The notes beneath the pieces were generated by a model, which worked only from the letters and a program-made list of their open reading frames with translations, was not told where the DNA came from and did no database searches. Below, piece after piece: positions 15,719-24,636 of a DNA stretch of 47,146 bases. The stretch is from a virus (taxonomy: Duplodnaviria > Caudoviricetes). Where the stretch lies: IMG/VR virus record IMGVR_UViG_3300044878_000075, positions 1 through 47,146 of that record. One strand, 5' to 3'. The position numbers and the translations under genes are program-made. Position 1 is the first letter of the stretch. Each line of letters begins with the position of its first letter.

Positions 15719-16077
15719 CAGGAAGGGTTCTCCGGAGAACTGTTGATCACGTAGTCGATGGCGTCATCTAAGGACTCGAACTGCTCGTTTAACTCAGGAC
15801 CAGGCTTGTATTCCCATGCATGGACAATCGGTAGCGAATAGCTGTCTTCGTATGACGAAAGCTCGGATTCCTTCTTGATCCACCGATACCGCTCAGCATC
15901 CTTGCGCAGAGATTCGTTCTCGGCTTTGAGCTTGTCCGTGTACTCCATCCATTCTTGACGCTCAACAGAGCGGTATAGGATCTGATCCTTCAAGCTAGCC
16001 GCCACCTTCATGTAGTCGCCTTCGTACACATAGCAACCAGCTGCACCCGCAAACGTATACAGCTTCACATCACTCAT
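15718..16077 (-). CDS. Hypothetical protein (LRKDAERYRW motif)
   Basis: Motif common in small phage proteins; GGAGGGG SD. Confidence 0.8.
   Translation of the reverse strand: MSDVKLYTFAGAAGCYVYEGDYMKVAASLKDQILYRSVERQEWMEYTDKLKAENESLRKDAERYRWIKKESELSSYEDSYSLPIVHAWEYKPGPELNEQFESLDDAIDYVINSSPENPS
15727..15740. repeat. Perfect palindrome GTTCTCCGGAGAAC
   Basis: Copy of dispersed motif. Confidence 0.8.
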
Positions 16078-16150
16078 ACACCCCTCCAATAACTAATTTT
16101 CGTCTTAGGTCGCGGCAATATGTATCCCCACAGGAACCATGTCAAGGGGA

Positions 16151-16465
16151 TCATAGGGCGGCTCCGATTTTGGCGGCAATCAGTAGAATCGCCATGCGGT
16201 AATCTGCGCCCCGGTTATCGCTGTATACGATCCTTTGCGCAAAGTCAGCCCTGTAGAATGTCACGACGCATTGGCAGTCATCCCATCGCTCAACCTGGAT
16301 ACCAAGCGCAACCATCAGCTCAAACGAATCCGCGCTCGACGTCTCAGGCTCCCACCGCCGAAGAATAGCTCCATCCTTAGCCAGATAGTTCGCGCCACTC
16401 GGATCAGTCCAGAGGTCGCACTCGATGGCTCTGGCTGCGTTTTGGAGGGTTGTTTGGGTGATCAT
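16151..16465 (-). CDS. Hypothetical protein
   Basis: 104-aa ORF, ATGA coupling. Confidence 0.75.
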   Translation of the reverse strand: MITQTTLQNAARAIECDLWTDPSGANYLAKDGAILRRWEPETSSADSFELMVALGIQVERWDDCQCVVTFYRADFAQRIVYSDNRGADYRMAILLIAAKIGAAL

Positions 16466-16674
16466 TTCAGGTTCCTCTGCATCTGCTTGATTGCTTTATT
16501 TCGGTCGAATGGCACGATTTCAGGCTTCTTGTAATTTCTCCATTTCTCGCGCTCCTCTTCGCGTTCGATGGCATCCCTAACCATTGGCATATAAAACACC
16601 TTAAAGACGAAGAAAAAAGGCGCGCAAATGCAAACTATCATCACTGTCTTGAATATGAAATTCGTAAGCGTCAT
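16462..16674 (-). CDS. Small membrane protein (start re-called)
   Basis: GGAGGG SD before ATG 16674; N-terminal TM segment. Confidence 0.7.
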   Translation of the reverse strand: MTLTNFIFKTVMIVCICAPFFFVFKVFYMPMVRDAIEREEEREKWRNYKKPEIVPFDRNKAIKQMQRNLK

Positions 16675-16696
16675 CTCAACCCTCCAAATTTCCAGC

Positions 16697-16728
16697 AAAA
16701 AAGAAGCCTCACGATAGGAGGCTTTTTT
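16697..16728. terminator. Internal terminator
   Basis: AAGCCTC-loop-GAGGCTT with T-runs on both strands. Confidence 0.75.
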
Positions 16729-16742
16729 GGTTTTGGCAATAA

Positions 16743-16853
16743 CTATTTCTTGAATATCCAACGCCATGGATCGCCGTACAGGATTGCGCCACAGAATGGA
16801 TAGGCAACAATCGTCATCGACACAGCAAACAGAACGAACTCTAGACTCATCAT
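16743..16853 (-). CDS. 36-aa membrane peptide (not in ORF track)
   Basis: MMSLEFVLFAVSMTIVAYPFCGAILYGDPWRWIFKK; GGAG SD; ATGA overlap. Confidence 0.6.
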   Translation of the reverse strand: MMSLEFVLFAVSMTIVAYPFCGAILYGDPWRWIFKK

Positions 16854-17092
16854 CGCAATATCTCCCGCGCCAAAGACTGGATTTCACTCCAGAGCTGCGA
16901 TGAAGGCGAGTCGTCGTACTGGGATAGCATCTTGGCTAATCGCACTCCAGCTGGTTTATGGGTGTCTTCCTGATGCGGCATGCGGATACGTTCTGGCAAT
17001 CCATCCGGCGTGTTCATAATGTTGCAATAGGTGATTGGTTCGCGACGGTGATCAATCACGGTAGCTAGCTCCATCTGTCCAGGCAATGTCAT
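16850..17092 (-). CDS. Hypothetical protein
   Basis: Coupled ORF. Confidence 0.7.
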   Translation of the reverse strand: MTLPGQMELATVIDHRREPITYCNIMNTPDGLPERIRMPHQEDTHKPAGVRLAKMLSQYDDSPSSQLWSEIQSLAREILR

Positions 17093-17409
17093 TTCTTCTG
17101 CTCCATGATTTGTTTGGCGCGATCAAGCAAAGCAGATTTACGCGTCACATACCAGTTCTCGCTACGTAGGTCGGCATGGCAAGACTCGATCTCTTGCAGC
17201 ATCTCTTCAATCAAGCTCAGATGAATCGATGTCGTCTCCTGGCAGCGGGTGAAGGTGTCGAGGCGGGCGTCCAGTTCCACGCATTTGTTGATTCGCTCCT
17301 GAGTTATGCGGATCGCGTCGTTGCACACATAGGCACCAATATTCATCGACCACACGACACCATCAGGCACCGGCCAAATTTCCTCAAACTTACTTCGAAT
17401 ATCGTTCAT
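17089..17409 (-). CDS. Hypothetical protein
   Basis: GGAG SD, 106 aa. Confidence 0.75.
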   Translation of the reverse strand: MNDIRSKFEEIWPVPDGVVWSMNIGAYVCNDAIRITQERINKCVELDARLDTFTRCQETTSIHLSLIEEMLQEIESCHADLRSENWYVTRKSALLDRAKQIMEQKK

Positions 17410-17451
17410 GCTATCTCCAATCCCAATATATGGGATGAGTTGAAATATTGG

Positions 17452-17760
17452 TCAAGAATTTGACGCTAGCGCTTTGGCGATTGCGCGAACGGCGACGGAT
17501 GACTGCACGGGCCTCTGAATGTGACCAATCTCATGCATCCGATCAACGTATTCAACAAGACCCGCTAGCGCCTCAAGCAAATCAGGAGCGGCAGAAATTA
17601 GGCTTGCGTTGGCTAGTGCTATTTCTCTCTGATCTGCAACCTTAGCCGAATGTGCAACCATGCAGACCATCAGGCCTTTATGCCCGACCGTAGGACATCC
17701 ATTAGGCTGAATTCTCCATCCGTAATCCCAAGGCCCTGGCGTTCCTTTAAATTCGCTCAT
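17452..17760 (-). CDS. Hypothetical protein (TPGPW...ANA.LI.AAPDLLEAL family)
   Basis: Widespread phage early-gene motif. Confidence 0.85.
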   Translation of the reverse strand: MSEFKGTPGPWDYGWRIQPNGCPTVGHKGLMVCMVAHSAKVADQREIALANASLISAAPDLLEALAGLVEYVDRMHEIGHIQRPVQSSVAVRAIAKALASNS

Positions 17761-17769
17761 TCCATCACC

Positions 17770-17943
17770 TTAGTAAAAATCAACGAAAAGTTCCCCTTTC
17801 TTACCCATCTCGCTCGAAGTCTCAAACTCCGAAACAAGCGCCCCAACGATAGGCTTATGCTCATCAAACCCAGTAGCCAAGGGTAAGTCCCCGTGCTTCT
17901 CGTAGATCGCGATTAGGAGGGGGAGTAGGTCGATTAGGGTCAT
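17770..17943 (-). CDS. 57-aa hypothetical protein (not in ORF track)
   Basis: MTLIDLLPLLIAIYEKHGDLPL...; ATGA overlap. Confidence 0.65.
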   Translation of the reverse strand: MTLIDLLPLLIAIYEKHGDLPLATGFDEHKPIVGALVSEFETSSEMGKKGELFVDFY

Positions 17944-18230
17944 TTCCAGGTAATTCCAGCGCAGTTAATAGCTTCAATGGTTTCGTCATAGTCAAGGCAA
18001 TCGCCTCTTCCGCATGAGTCTCCGTAGATAGTGTACAAGTCGGCGTCACTCCACTTTCTTTCTGGCAACTCAACCACGAGTGATTCGCGTGATGCCTGCC
18101 ACGCCGACCACATTGCTCGAGTGATAGCCCAGTAATACTCTCCATGGCTTTCAACGAATCTAAGATCAGCCAGCTCTAGCGCTCCGGCTTGCGTTACTGC
18201 CCACTCTTCAAACTGCTGCCTGCTATCCAT
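17940..18230 (-). CDS. Hypothetical protein (RQQFEEW...WSAWQASR family)
   Basis: GGAGGGG SD; common phage motif. Confidence 0.8.
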   Translation of the reverse strand: MDSRQQFEEWAVTQAGALELADLRFVESHGEYYWAITRAMWSAWQASRESLVVELPERKWSDADLYTIYGDSCGRGDCLDYDETIEAINCAGITWK

Positions 18231-18258
18231 CACACCCCTCCAAACTCTCAATTTAACT

Positions 18259-18280
18259 GTTCTCTGGAAAACACTTAGAT
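18259..18280. repeat. Motif copy GTTCTCTGGAAAACACTTAGAT
   Basis: 21/22 identical to 22887-22908. Confidence 0.85.
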
Positions 18281-18670
18281 AGCGCGCGGAACAGAGCCGA
18301 AGCCGAACTTGTCTTCAGCGTAGTGCAGCAGATCGAAGTAGGCGTCTGCGTATTTCTCGGATTGAGCATGAGCGTGTTCGTAGCGCGATTGAAGCAGCGA
18401 AATTTCGCGCTCTGCAACTTCACCAGACTCGTTTGCAATTCGTCGCTGTGCATCCATCAGAGCAGTTGTATAGCTAGGCGATCCGGTAGCGAATGCACCT
18501 GAATGGAAATTCTCAGTCAGCCCGTCAAAAATCTGCTCAGCAACATGCTTGATGACAATCTCTTCACAGCTCAGACGCTCAACAAGGTCAAGCTTCTGCT
18601 CGTCACTCATTTCGCTCAGCAGGTCGTATGCGTCGAAACTGATCTTGCCGTCTTTGAATTCGATTTGCAT
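18275..18670 (-). CDS. Hypothetical protein, first gene after internal promoter
   Basis: CGGAGGG SD, 131 aa. Confidence 0.8.
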   Translation of the reverse strand: MQIEFKDGKISFDAYDLLSEMSDEQKLDLVERLSCEEIVIKHVAEQIFDGLTENFHSGAFATGSPSYTTALMDAQRRIANESGEVAEREISLLQSRYEHAHAQSEKYADAYFDLLHYAEDKFGFGSVPRAI

Positions 18671-18697
18671 TTTGTAGCCCTCCGTAAATGTCTGCTG

Positions 18698-18725
18698 ATT
18701 ATGGCTTAGGTGTTGGCAGAGTCAA
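18698..18725 (-). promoter_or_regulatory. Sigma70 promoter TTGACT-16-CATAAT
   Basis: Consensus match at the head of the small-gene cluster. Confidence 0.65.
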
Positions 18726-18728
18726 GCA

Positions 18729-19079
18729 TTATTCGATGTCTTCGTAGATTTTCACGACGACCTTTCCACCTGGAAACTTGTCACGAGTCCGAACGCGCAA
18801 CTGAAATTTGACGTCATCGATCTCCAATGCTTCGGCAATCCCATCGCGACCAGACTTGAAGCTTGCAATCATGTTGTCGTCGTCTCTGCGGCGATTGTCA
18901 GGCGGAAAGAACTCAAGGTCTAGCACGAGGTCGCCCATTGGCACATCGTGGCTAGATTCGCCTGCTATGGCCTTACAGGTACCACGGTACATCTTGATGT
19001 ATCCCATCTTTGCGGCCCAATGGAGCTTGGTGTTCGGGTTTAGCTCCTTGGGCGGGTATGGCACGGTTATCTCAATCAC
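18729..19079 (-). CDS. rusA: RusA-like Holliday junction resolvase
   Basis: PPDNRRRDDDN...K...DG...IDD. Confidence 0.9.
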   Translation of the reverse strand: MIEITVPYPPKELNPNTKLHWAAKMGYIKMYRGTCKAIAGESSHDVPMGDLVLDLEFFPPDNRRRDDDNMIASFKSGRDGIAEALEIDDVKFQLRVRTRDKFPGGKVVVKIYEDIE

Positions 19080-19330
19080 TTTTTGACCTTTAGCAATAGG
19101 TTCAATTGACGGCGTGTCTCGGCTTCGATATCGGGTCGCTCCTTTAAAGAGCGCTCAGCCCACATTCTGCCCTTGTTCGCCTTCAGCCCAAAATAAATCT
19201 GGCTGGCATGGTCCCGAGCTAGCTTCCATCTCTGGAGACATTCGCTCTTGTAGTCCTCGATGGCTTCCCTCTCTACAATCGAAAGGGTTGCCAAATTCAC
19301 CGGCCCAACATTGATAACACAAGAAGTCAT
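19076..19330 (-). CDS. Hypothetical protein
   Basis: GGAG SD; ATGA/GTGA coupling to rusA. Confidence 0.7.
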   Translation of the reverse strand: MTSCVINVGPVNLATLSIVEREAIEDYKSECLQRWKLARDHASQIYFGLKANKGRMWAERSLKERPDIEAETRRQLNLLLKVKK

Positions 19331-19342
19331 CTTTGATCTCCA

Positions 19343-20719
19343 TCAGAATCCTGCCTTCTTCCAATTGCCACCACCCTTCTTCGGCTGCTCTGGCTCTTCA
19401 TCATCCCAGCCTTGGAATGCAGCAGGATCAAGCTTAGTGAGCCTCGAGTACTTACCCTGGAACAGACTGAAGAACGTCTCAGGCGAACACTCTCGAGCGG
19501 CGCCAATGATGATCTCGGCAACACCCTTGCGATCAGTATCCGGATGATAAACCTCATCGCGATAGACAAAGATGATCATGTCGGCGTCTTGCTCGAGCGA
19601 TCCGGAGTCACGCAGATCGGATGGAACAGGGCGTTTGTTAGGTCGCTGCTCGAGCGAACGGTTTAGCTGCGACAGGAACAGAACCGGAACATTCAGCTCC
19701 TTAGCCATTAGCTTGGCCTGCCTCGAGATCTCTGTAATCTTCGCCACTTGGTTATGCTTCGGATCATCCGCGTTCAAAAGCCCAAGGTGATCGACCATGA
19801 TCAAGTCAAGGCCGTCTTTGCGCTTCTTGCGTCGTGCATCTGCGCGGATCTGCTGCATGGTGTAGCTCGAGCGGTACGACGCATCAAAGCTCGAGTCTTT
19901 CATCTTGGCTACAGACGCCATCAGTTGCGCCGAGTATTCGGACAGTGCCGAGCCGTCCTTCATTGCGTCAAGCGGGATAGTGGATTCAGCAGCCAGCACC
20001 TTGTCCATCACCTGCTTCTCGGTCATCTCGAGGTGATACATCATTACCTTTTTGTTTTGACGGAATGCTGCGTGCTGGCACCAGCCGATAGCCAGCGTCG
20101 ACTTACCCATTTTCGGTCGACCAGCAACAAGGTACAGTCCGCCGTTTTGCAGTCCGCCAGTGTGCTCATCGAATTCATCGTGACCAGTTGCAATGCCCGT
20201 CACAACATTGGCGCCAGCAAGCCGTACCTCGAGTACGTCCATATGCTTGACGAGAGAATCGAATATCCCAACCGTATCGTTCGCAGCAGTCTCAGTGTCT
20301 AGGCCGAGAATTGCCGTCTGCGATCTCGAGATTTTATCCTCGGTCTGAATGTTGCTGTGCGCAATCTCGTGAATCTCTCGAGCGGCTTCGATCAAGCATC
20401 GATCCATAGACCGCTCACGCACGATCCTGGCGTATTGCTCGGCATTGGCAGTGCTAGGCGTACCCTTCTGGATTTCCGCCGTGTAGGCGAAGGCTGGCTC
20501 GCCATTATCAAAATTGCCGATGTGCTCGCCGACCGTCAAAAAGTCGATGTGACGGTTGAGCGAATTAAGCTCGAGGATAGCTTTAAAAATTACCTCGTTG
20601 TCATGCCAATAGAAATCGCTGGCTGACAGGTCGGCGCATAGCAGGTCGATCATCTCAGGAGCAATCATCATGGCCCCCAAGACACTCTGCTCAGCCTCGA
20701 GACTAAAAGGATCTCTCAT
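19343..20719 (-). CDS. dnaB: DnaB-like replicative helicase
   Basis: EAEQSVLG, GRPKMGKS, SQLNR, SDLRDSGSLEQDAD. Confidence 0.97.
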   Translation of the reverse strand: MRDPFSLEAEQSVLGAMMIAPEMIDLLCADLSASDFYWHDNEVIFKAILELNSLNRHIDFLTVGEHIGNFDNGEPAFAYTAEIQKGTPSTANAEQYARIVRERSMDRCLIEAAREIHEIAHSNIQTEDKISRSQTAILGLDTETAANDTVGIFDSLVKHMDVLEVRLAGANVVTGIATGHDEFDEHTGGLQNGGLYLVAGRPKMGKSTLAIGWCQHAAFRQNKKVMMYHLEMTEKQVMDKVLAAESTIPLDAMKDGSALSEYSAQLMASVAKMKDSSFDASYRSSYTMQQIRADARRKKRKDGLDLIMVDHLGLLNADDPKHNQVAKITEISRQAKLMAKELNVPVLFLSQLNRSLEQRPNKRPVPSDLRDSGSLEQDADMIIFVYRDEVYHPDTDRKGVAEIIIGAARECSPETFFSLFQGKYSRLTKLDPAAFQGWDDEEPEQPKKGGGNWKKAGF

Positions 20720-20776
20720 TTCTTCACTCCGTGTAATTATTTTCCGATCTTATGGCTTGAAAGATCCGAGATCAAT

Positions 20777-21538
20777 CTATTTCTGCTTTCTCGCTGATTC
20801 GCCTTGGAATACCAGGCATTCACCGCCACCCTCACGAAGCCGGTCGAAGCATCGCTCGCCAATGGCCTCGCCAATCTGTTTAGGCCCGAGGTTCGAAATA
20901 ACGATTGTCGGGAGCTGCCACTCGTACCTTGAGTTGATGATGTTGAACAGGGTTGCAAGCTCAAACTCTGACTGCTTCGTTGCGCCAACCTCGTCAAGAA
21001 CGAGCAGATGCGTATTTGTGACCGACTCAATCACCTCGGACTCGCTGAATCCTGAGTCTTTTTCATACGATGCACGGATAATTTGCAGTAGACCGTTAAC
21101 GGTCCAGTACTTTCCGGTGTAACCCTGTTTTTCAACGACATCCTTCAGAATCGCGGCTGCAAGATGGGTTTTCCCAGTGCCGACGGTTCCGGAAAGGATC
21201 AGGCATCGTCCGTCAGCATAATGCTGGTCAAAGTTCTCTGCGTATCCCTGGCACTTTTCAAGGTTCGTCCGCTGACTGCCCGATGATGCATAGTAGTCCC
21301 AAAATGATTTTCCAGAGAACCGATGCGGAATACGGCACGCCTCAACTCGAGCTGATATCTCCTTCGCCCGTCTAGCATCGCTCTGAGCCTTTTGGGTAGC
21401 TATGGATTCGGCGCGCTGCTTCTCTTGCCCGCACTCCGGGCAGAACGCCAGAGTCAAGCCATCATCATCCGATCCTGCCGCCTCTTCAGGGTGAGCAGGG
21501 CAAAGACCAACGTGGTACGTTAATAGTTTAAAGGCCAT
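20777..21538 (-). CDS. DnaC/IstB-like helicase loader ATPase
   Basis: GTVGTGKTHLA, LLVLDEVG, SNL, DRL; N-terminal C..H/CPEC. Confidence 0.92.
   Translation of the reverse strand: MAFKLLTYHVGLCPAHPEEAAGSDDDGLTLAFCPECGQEKQRAESIATQKAQSDARRAKEISARVEACRIPHRFSGKSFWDYYASSGSQRTNLEKCQGYAENFDQHYADGRCLILSGTVGTGKTHLAAAILKDVVEKQGYTGKYWTVNGLLQIIRASYEKDSGFSESEVIESVTNTHLLVLDEVGATKQSEFELATLFNIINSRYEWQLPTIVISNLGPKQIGEAIGERCFDRLREGGGECLVFQGESARKQK
21307..21320 (-). repeat. Motif copy GTTCTCTGGAAAAT within loader gene
   Basis: 13/14 match to the 18259 copy. Confidence 0.55.
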
Positions 21539-21547
21539 TTTCTTTCC

Positions 21548-22312
21548 TCAGAATCGTAGTGAGCCGTTTTCGTCGACGGTCAAACCGTCCATGTAATCAA
21601 TCTGCTCGAACCCGTTGTGATTGGATGCGGGCGATTGAGTCTCGTCTTCCCAGCGCTTGCCTCTGATCCATCCGCCAGCCAATGGGATGTATTGCCCGCC
21701 ATCCTTCTTCCAGTCCTTCGACGCTGCCTGGGCTGATAGCGAGGCGATGATGCTCGAGAAGAATTCGTCCGTCATCTTCAGCTTCGACCATGCTTTCTCA
21801 GCATCTGCCTTTGACTTCTTCTTCGGGTATAGCTTCCAGAACCGATCAAAGTAATCAGCGCGTGACTGAGCATCAGGCACATGTGCCTTTTCTTGGTTAC
21901 TGGTTAGTGGTTCTTGGTTAGTGGTTAATGGTTTATGGTTTATGGTTAGGTGGTCATTCGTGCACGTTTCGTGCTCGGATCGTTCTCTGGTTGACCTCCT
22001 TGCAGCCTCCCTTGCGATTGCAATTTCTTGGTTTTTTATAGACTTCGCTCGGTATGCGTCTATTTCATCCTTGACTCTCTGCTGAGCGTAAACAGAGTCA
22101 GTAAGCGTGAAGAATTTTGAAAGAACAAATTTAACGGCGGCGATCTCATCCTCTGATCTTGCCCACGACCACTCCAAAGCCTCTTCAATAGTCGGAAACC
22201 TCTCACGGTCGTAGCACGCGTCAAGCAACAACGTGTACGCTCCGTGCTCAAGCATGGACAGTCGACCGGCTTTCTTATGGTAGTCACCAATATTCCTTTT
22301 AAAGTAGTGCAC
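21548..22312 (-). CDS. Replication initiator (DUF1376/YdaU-type)
   Basis: HYF..NIGDY...LSMLEHGAY..LLD; C-terminal FDRFWKLYPKK..K..A..AW; GTG start with GAGG SD. Confidence 0.9.
   Translation of the reverse strand: MHYFKRNIGDYHKKAGRLSMLEHGAYTLLLDACYDRERFPTIEEALEWSWARSEDEIAAVKFVLSKFFTLTDSVYAQQRVKDEIDAYRAKSIKNQEIAIAREAARRSTRERSEHETCTNDHLTINHKPLTTNQEPLTSNQEKAHVPDAQSRADYFDRFWKLYPKKKSKADAEKAWSKLKMTDEFFSSIIASLSAQAASKDWKKDGGQYIPLAGGWIRGKRWEDETQSPASNHNGFEQIDYMDGLTVDENGSLRF
21894..21949. repeat. 8 tandem 7-bp units TGGTTNN (candidate origin iterons)
   Basis: TGGTT every 7 bp inside the initiator gene. Confidence 0.75.
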
Positions 22313-22664
22313 TTTTCGCCTCTCTTGCACTGCGTGCACTCTCGGTAAATGAAGCCGAAACCTGATCGGCCACTGCCTCCGGAAGCTTGAACCACTCGCC
22401 TCTTACTCTGTACTCGATTAGCTGTTCATGGTAGTGAGCCTCGACAAGATGTGCGATAGGAGTCCGTATTCCAGCAATCAAGATCAGATCAAATGGGCAC
22501 GCTGTCTGAAGGTTGGAAAATCTTTGCTTAGGGCATTTTGTCCTTCCTATTTTGTAAAAATCCCCATCGGAAGCAGATAGCATGTAAACAAGCTCCATCT
22601 TTCTAAGCATTTGGTGCTCAAGCCCTTTGAAATGTTCCGGTCCATGCTCAAAGTTATCAACCAT
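22299..22664 (-). CDS. GIY-YIG/T5orf172 (MUG113-like) protein
   Basis: VYM...YKIGRT...RF..LQT..P; E...H....RVRGEWF. Confidence 0.9.
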   Translation of the reverse strand: MVDNFEHGPEHFKGLEHQMLRKMELVYMLSASDGDFYKIGRTKCPKQRFSNLQTACPFDLILIAGIRTPIAHLVEAHYHEQLIEYRVRGEWFKLPEAVADQVSASFTESARSAREAKSALL

Positions 22665-22835
22665 CTATTTACCCTCAAGGTAATCAGAAAGCTTCTGAGC
22701 GGTAAGGATTCCAGGATTTGCCGTTACGCCGGTAGCGATTGCCCAAATTTTCTGCCTGCTGAGGCCCGTAGCTCTAGAGACAGCCGCGAAATTCTTGTCC
22801 TTTAGGCCCTTTACGATGTCTTGCAGTGTCAACAT
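22665..22835 (-). CDS. Cro-like HTH regulator
   Basis: NFAAVSRATGLSRQKIWAIATG..ANPG; GAGGG SD before ATG 22835. Confidence 0.85.
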   Translation of the reverse strand: MLTLQDIVKGLKDKNFAAVSRATGLSRQKIWAIATGVTANPGILTAQKLSDYLEGK

Positions 22836-22864
22836 TTGGCAACCCTCGTTTCGTTTGAGTGACC

Positions 22865-22979
22865 ATGGTAACACAAACTAAAAACAGTTCTCCGGAAAAC
22901 ACTTAGATTTTGATAGCTATAAACCGTTCGTCGCTTATAACTAAATCGTCTTTGACTGTAACCGTATGTGTCCTATCCT
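22865..22979. promoter_or_regulatory. Divergent control region: TGTTACCAT (minus) with the palindromic motif over its -35 position; TTGACT-16-TATCCT (plus)
   Basis: 22865-22873; motif 22887-22900; 22952-22979. Confidence 0.65.
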
Positions 22980-23051
22980 TTAGATCAAGGGGCAGCAAGA
23001 AGCCGCCCCAATCTTGAGATAAGGATCTAAACACTTTTAGAGGCTAAGACG

Positions 23052-23609
23052 ATGACTACTGAAAAAAGCAAACAAGGCAAGGTTCTCCAGGCGATTGCAG
23101 AGCAAGGCGACAAACTGGACAATGTAGCTGGTGCTTTTATGAAGCTAGTCAAGGAAGACAACATTGACACGCTGGAGAAATTCAACCCGTGGCTGGCGGT
23201 CGGCTACGAGGAGAACGGATGGTCGAACGTGATCGGTCGTCCAGTTCCAGGCTCAACGTTGACGCCGGCACCGAGGGCGGTTAAGCAGTACGCCTCGATG
23301 TTCCGTGCCGCGTACAAATACGAAATGAAGGTGACGGAATTCGAATCAGTCAGGCAGATGGTGGATGCGGTTGCCGAGAAACGCAAGGAGCTAGCCAAGC
23401 CTCCTACTCAGCCAGCAGATCCAGAGCTGAAAGGTGTACTCCTGCGCTCGACTGGTCACATGAACGGCGCGCTCTGGCATGACGCAATCGTCGTAATCGA
23501 GAACCTGAATGAAGAGGACAAGGATGATTTCGAGCAGAGGTTACGCAAGCTGGTCATGCGGTTCCAGTCCAAGGTTCCGAAAGAGGTGCGGCGTCCGAAA
23601 GCTGCTTAA
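23052..23609 (+). CDS. Unknown 185-aa protein in the position usually held by cI
   Basis: GAGG SD, own promoter and terminator; no S24 peptidase or obvious HTH. Confidence 0.85.
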   Translation: MTTEKSKQGKVLQAIAEQGDKLDNVAGAFMKLVKEDNIDTLEKFNPWLAVGYEENGWSNVIGRPVPGSTLTPAPRAVKQYASMFRAAYKYEMKVTEFESVRQMVDAVAEKRKELAKPPTQPADPELKGVLLRSTGHMNGALWHDAIVVIENLNEEDKDDFEQRLRKLVMRFQSKVPKEVRRPKAA

Positions 23610-23611
23610 GA

Positions 23612-23625
23612 GTTCTCTGGAGAAC
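23612..23625. repeat. Motif copy GTTCTCTGGAGAAC
   Basis: 2 nt after the stop of 23052-23609. Confidence 0.8.
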
Positions 23626-23627
23626 AG

Positions 23628-23659
23628 AAACCCGAATCCTAAAAAGATTCGGGTTTTTT
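23628..23659 (+). terminator. Intrinsic terminator
   Basis: AAACCCGAATC/GATTCGGGTTT plus T-run. Confidence 0.85.
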
Positions 23660-23660
23660 G

Positions 23661-23689
23661 TTGACGGCGCAAAAGTGTTTGGCTAGAGT
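23661..23689 (+). promoter_or_regulatory. Sigma70 promoter TTGACG-17-TAGAGT
   Basis: Heads the rightward recombination operon. Confidence 0.75.
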
Positions 23690-23717
23690 GACGGTACACG
23701 AAACGGAGGGGTTACAG

Positions 23718-24056
23718 ATGAGTAGGACAATCGAAATATCTCGCGAATTAGCAGAGCTGGTCGTTAGCTTCAGATTAGACCATTCAAATGTTGCTGAGAT
23801 TCGAGCGCTGTTAGATGCTCCTGTTATTGAGCGCAAACCAGATGCATATCTCGTTACGGATATTCATGGGCAGAAAAAGGCCTTGCGAGCTGGGGCAGAG
23901 GGAATAGAAAGGCATCGTAATTCAGGATCTACGCTTGTCCCGCTGTTCGCCACTCAATCATCTAAGCCTCAAACGATTGACGACTGGTACACCGATGAGT
24001 GCGGAAACCTTAGGTACAAGCCAGAGGAAGATATGGCCAAGGAGGTTAACCAATGA
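23718..24056 (+). CDS. Hypothetical protein
   Basis: CGGAGGGG SD; start re-called at ATG 23718. Confidence 0.8.
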   Translation: MSRTIEISRELAELVVSFRLDHSNVAEIRALLDAPVIERKPDAYLVTDIHGQKKALRAGAEGIERHRNSGSTLVPLFATQSSKPQTIDDWYTDECGNLRYKPEEDMAKEVNQ

Positions 24057-24433
24057 TAACCGAATCCAAAAAACAAAAGATCCAAGCAGGCATCGAAGGC
24101 TTGCAGGCAGCGTTCCCCGAGATCTTCAACGATAACCGTCCGAAGCCATTGGCGCTGGGCATTACTCAGCAACTGGCTCAGGCGCGTCGTTCGGGCAAGC
24201 TGCAAATCTCGCTGCTGACTCAACGAGCTGCTATGAACGCCTGGCTGCACCGTCCGAACTACTACCGAGCACTGGCGATCACTCCTTACCGATATAACCT
24301 CGACGGCACTGCTGCTGGATTCGTTATCGACGATCACCGCCAGCACGCAATCGACAAGCTCAAGGAAATTCGCAAGGCCAAGAAAGCCCGAAAAGCGGCT
24401 ATCTATCAGTCTAAGATGAGGGTTGCGGCATGA
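24053..24433 (+). CDS. ProQ/FinO-domain RNA chaperone
   Basis: FP.IF....PKPLALGI...L; W.....YY.AL....RYNLDG...G.V...H...A. Confidence 0.88.
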   Translation: MITESKKQKIQAGIEGLQAAFPEIFNDNRPKPLALGITQQLAQARRSGKLQISLLTQRAAMNAWLHRPNYYRALAITPYRYNLDGTAAGFVIDDHRQHAIDKLKEIRKAKKARKAAIYQSKMRVAA

Positions 24434-24636
24434 GTCAGTGGGTTAAATGCAGTGAGAGGATGCCAGAAATTGGCGTTCCAGTTCTTATCAGGATTCCAGT
24501 TGGCAAGCACTGGAATATTGAGAGTGGAGAATATCGCGGAAAAGGCCAATGGTATGGAGCTTGGTGTACGTCTAGAGGCGCTGGTCATTGCTACAAGGTC
24601 ACGCAATGGGCAGAGCAACCGAGCGAGCCACTATGA
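24430..24636 (+). CDS. DUF551-family protein
   Basis: WVKCSERMPE...VTQW...P. Confidence 0.8.
   Translation: MSQWVKCSERMPEIGVPVLIRIPVGKHWNIESGEYRGKGQWYGAWCTSRGAGHCYKVTQWAEQPSEPL

Noticed and set aside
22979-23031. Three-way-junction riboswitch-like leader for 23052-23609
   Set aside because: The outer arm TTTAGATC lies at or upstream of the predicted TSS, leaving only a simple GC hairpin
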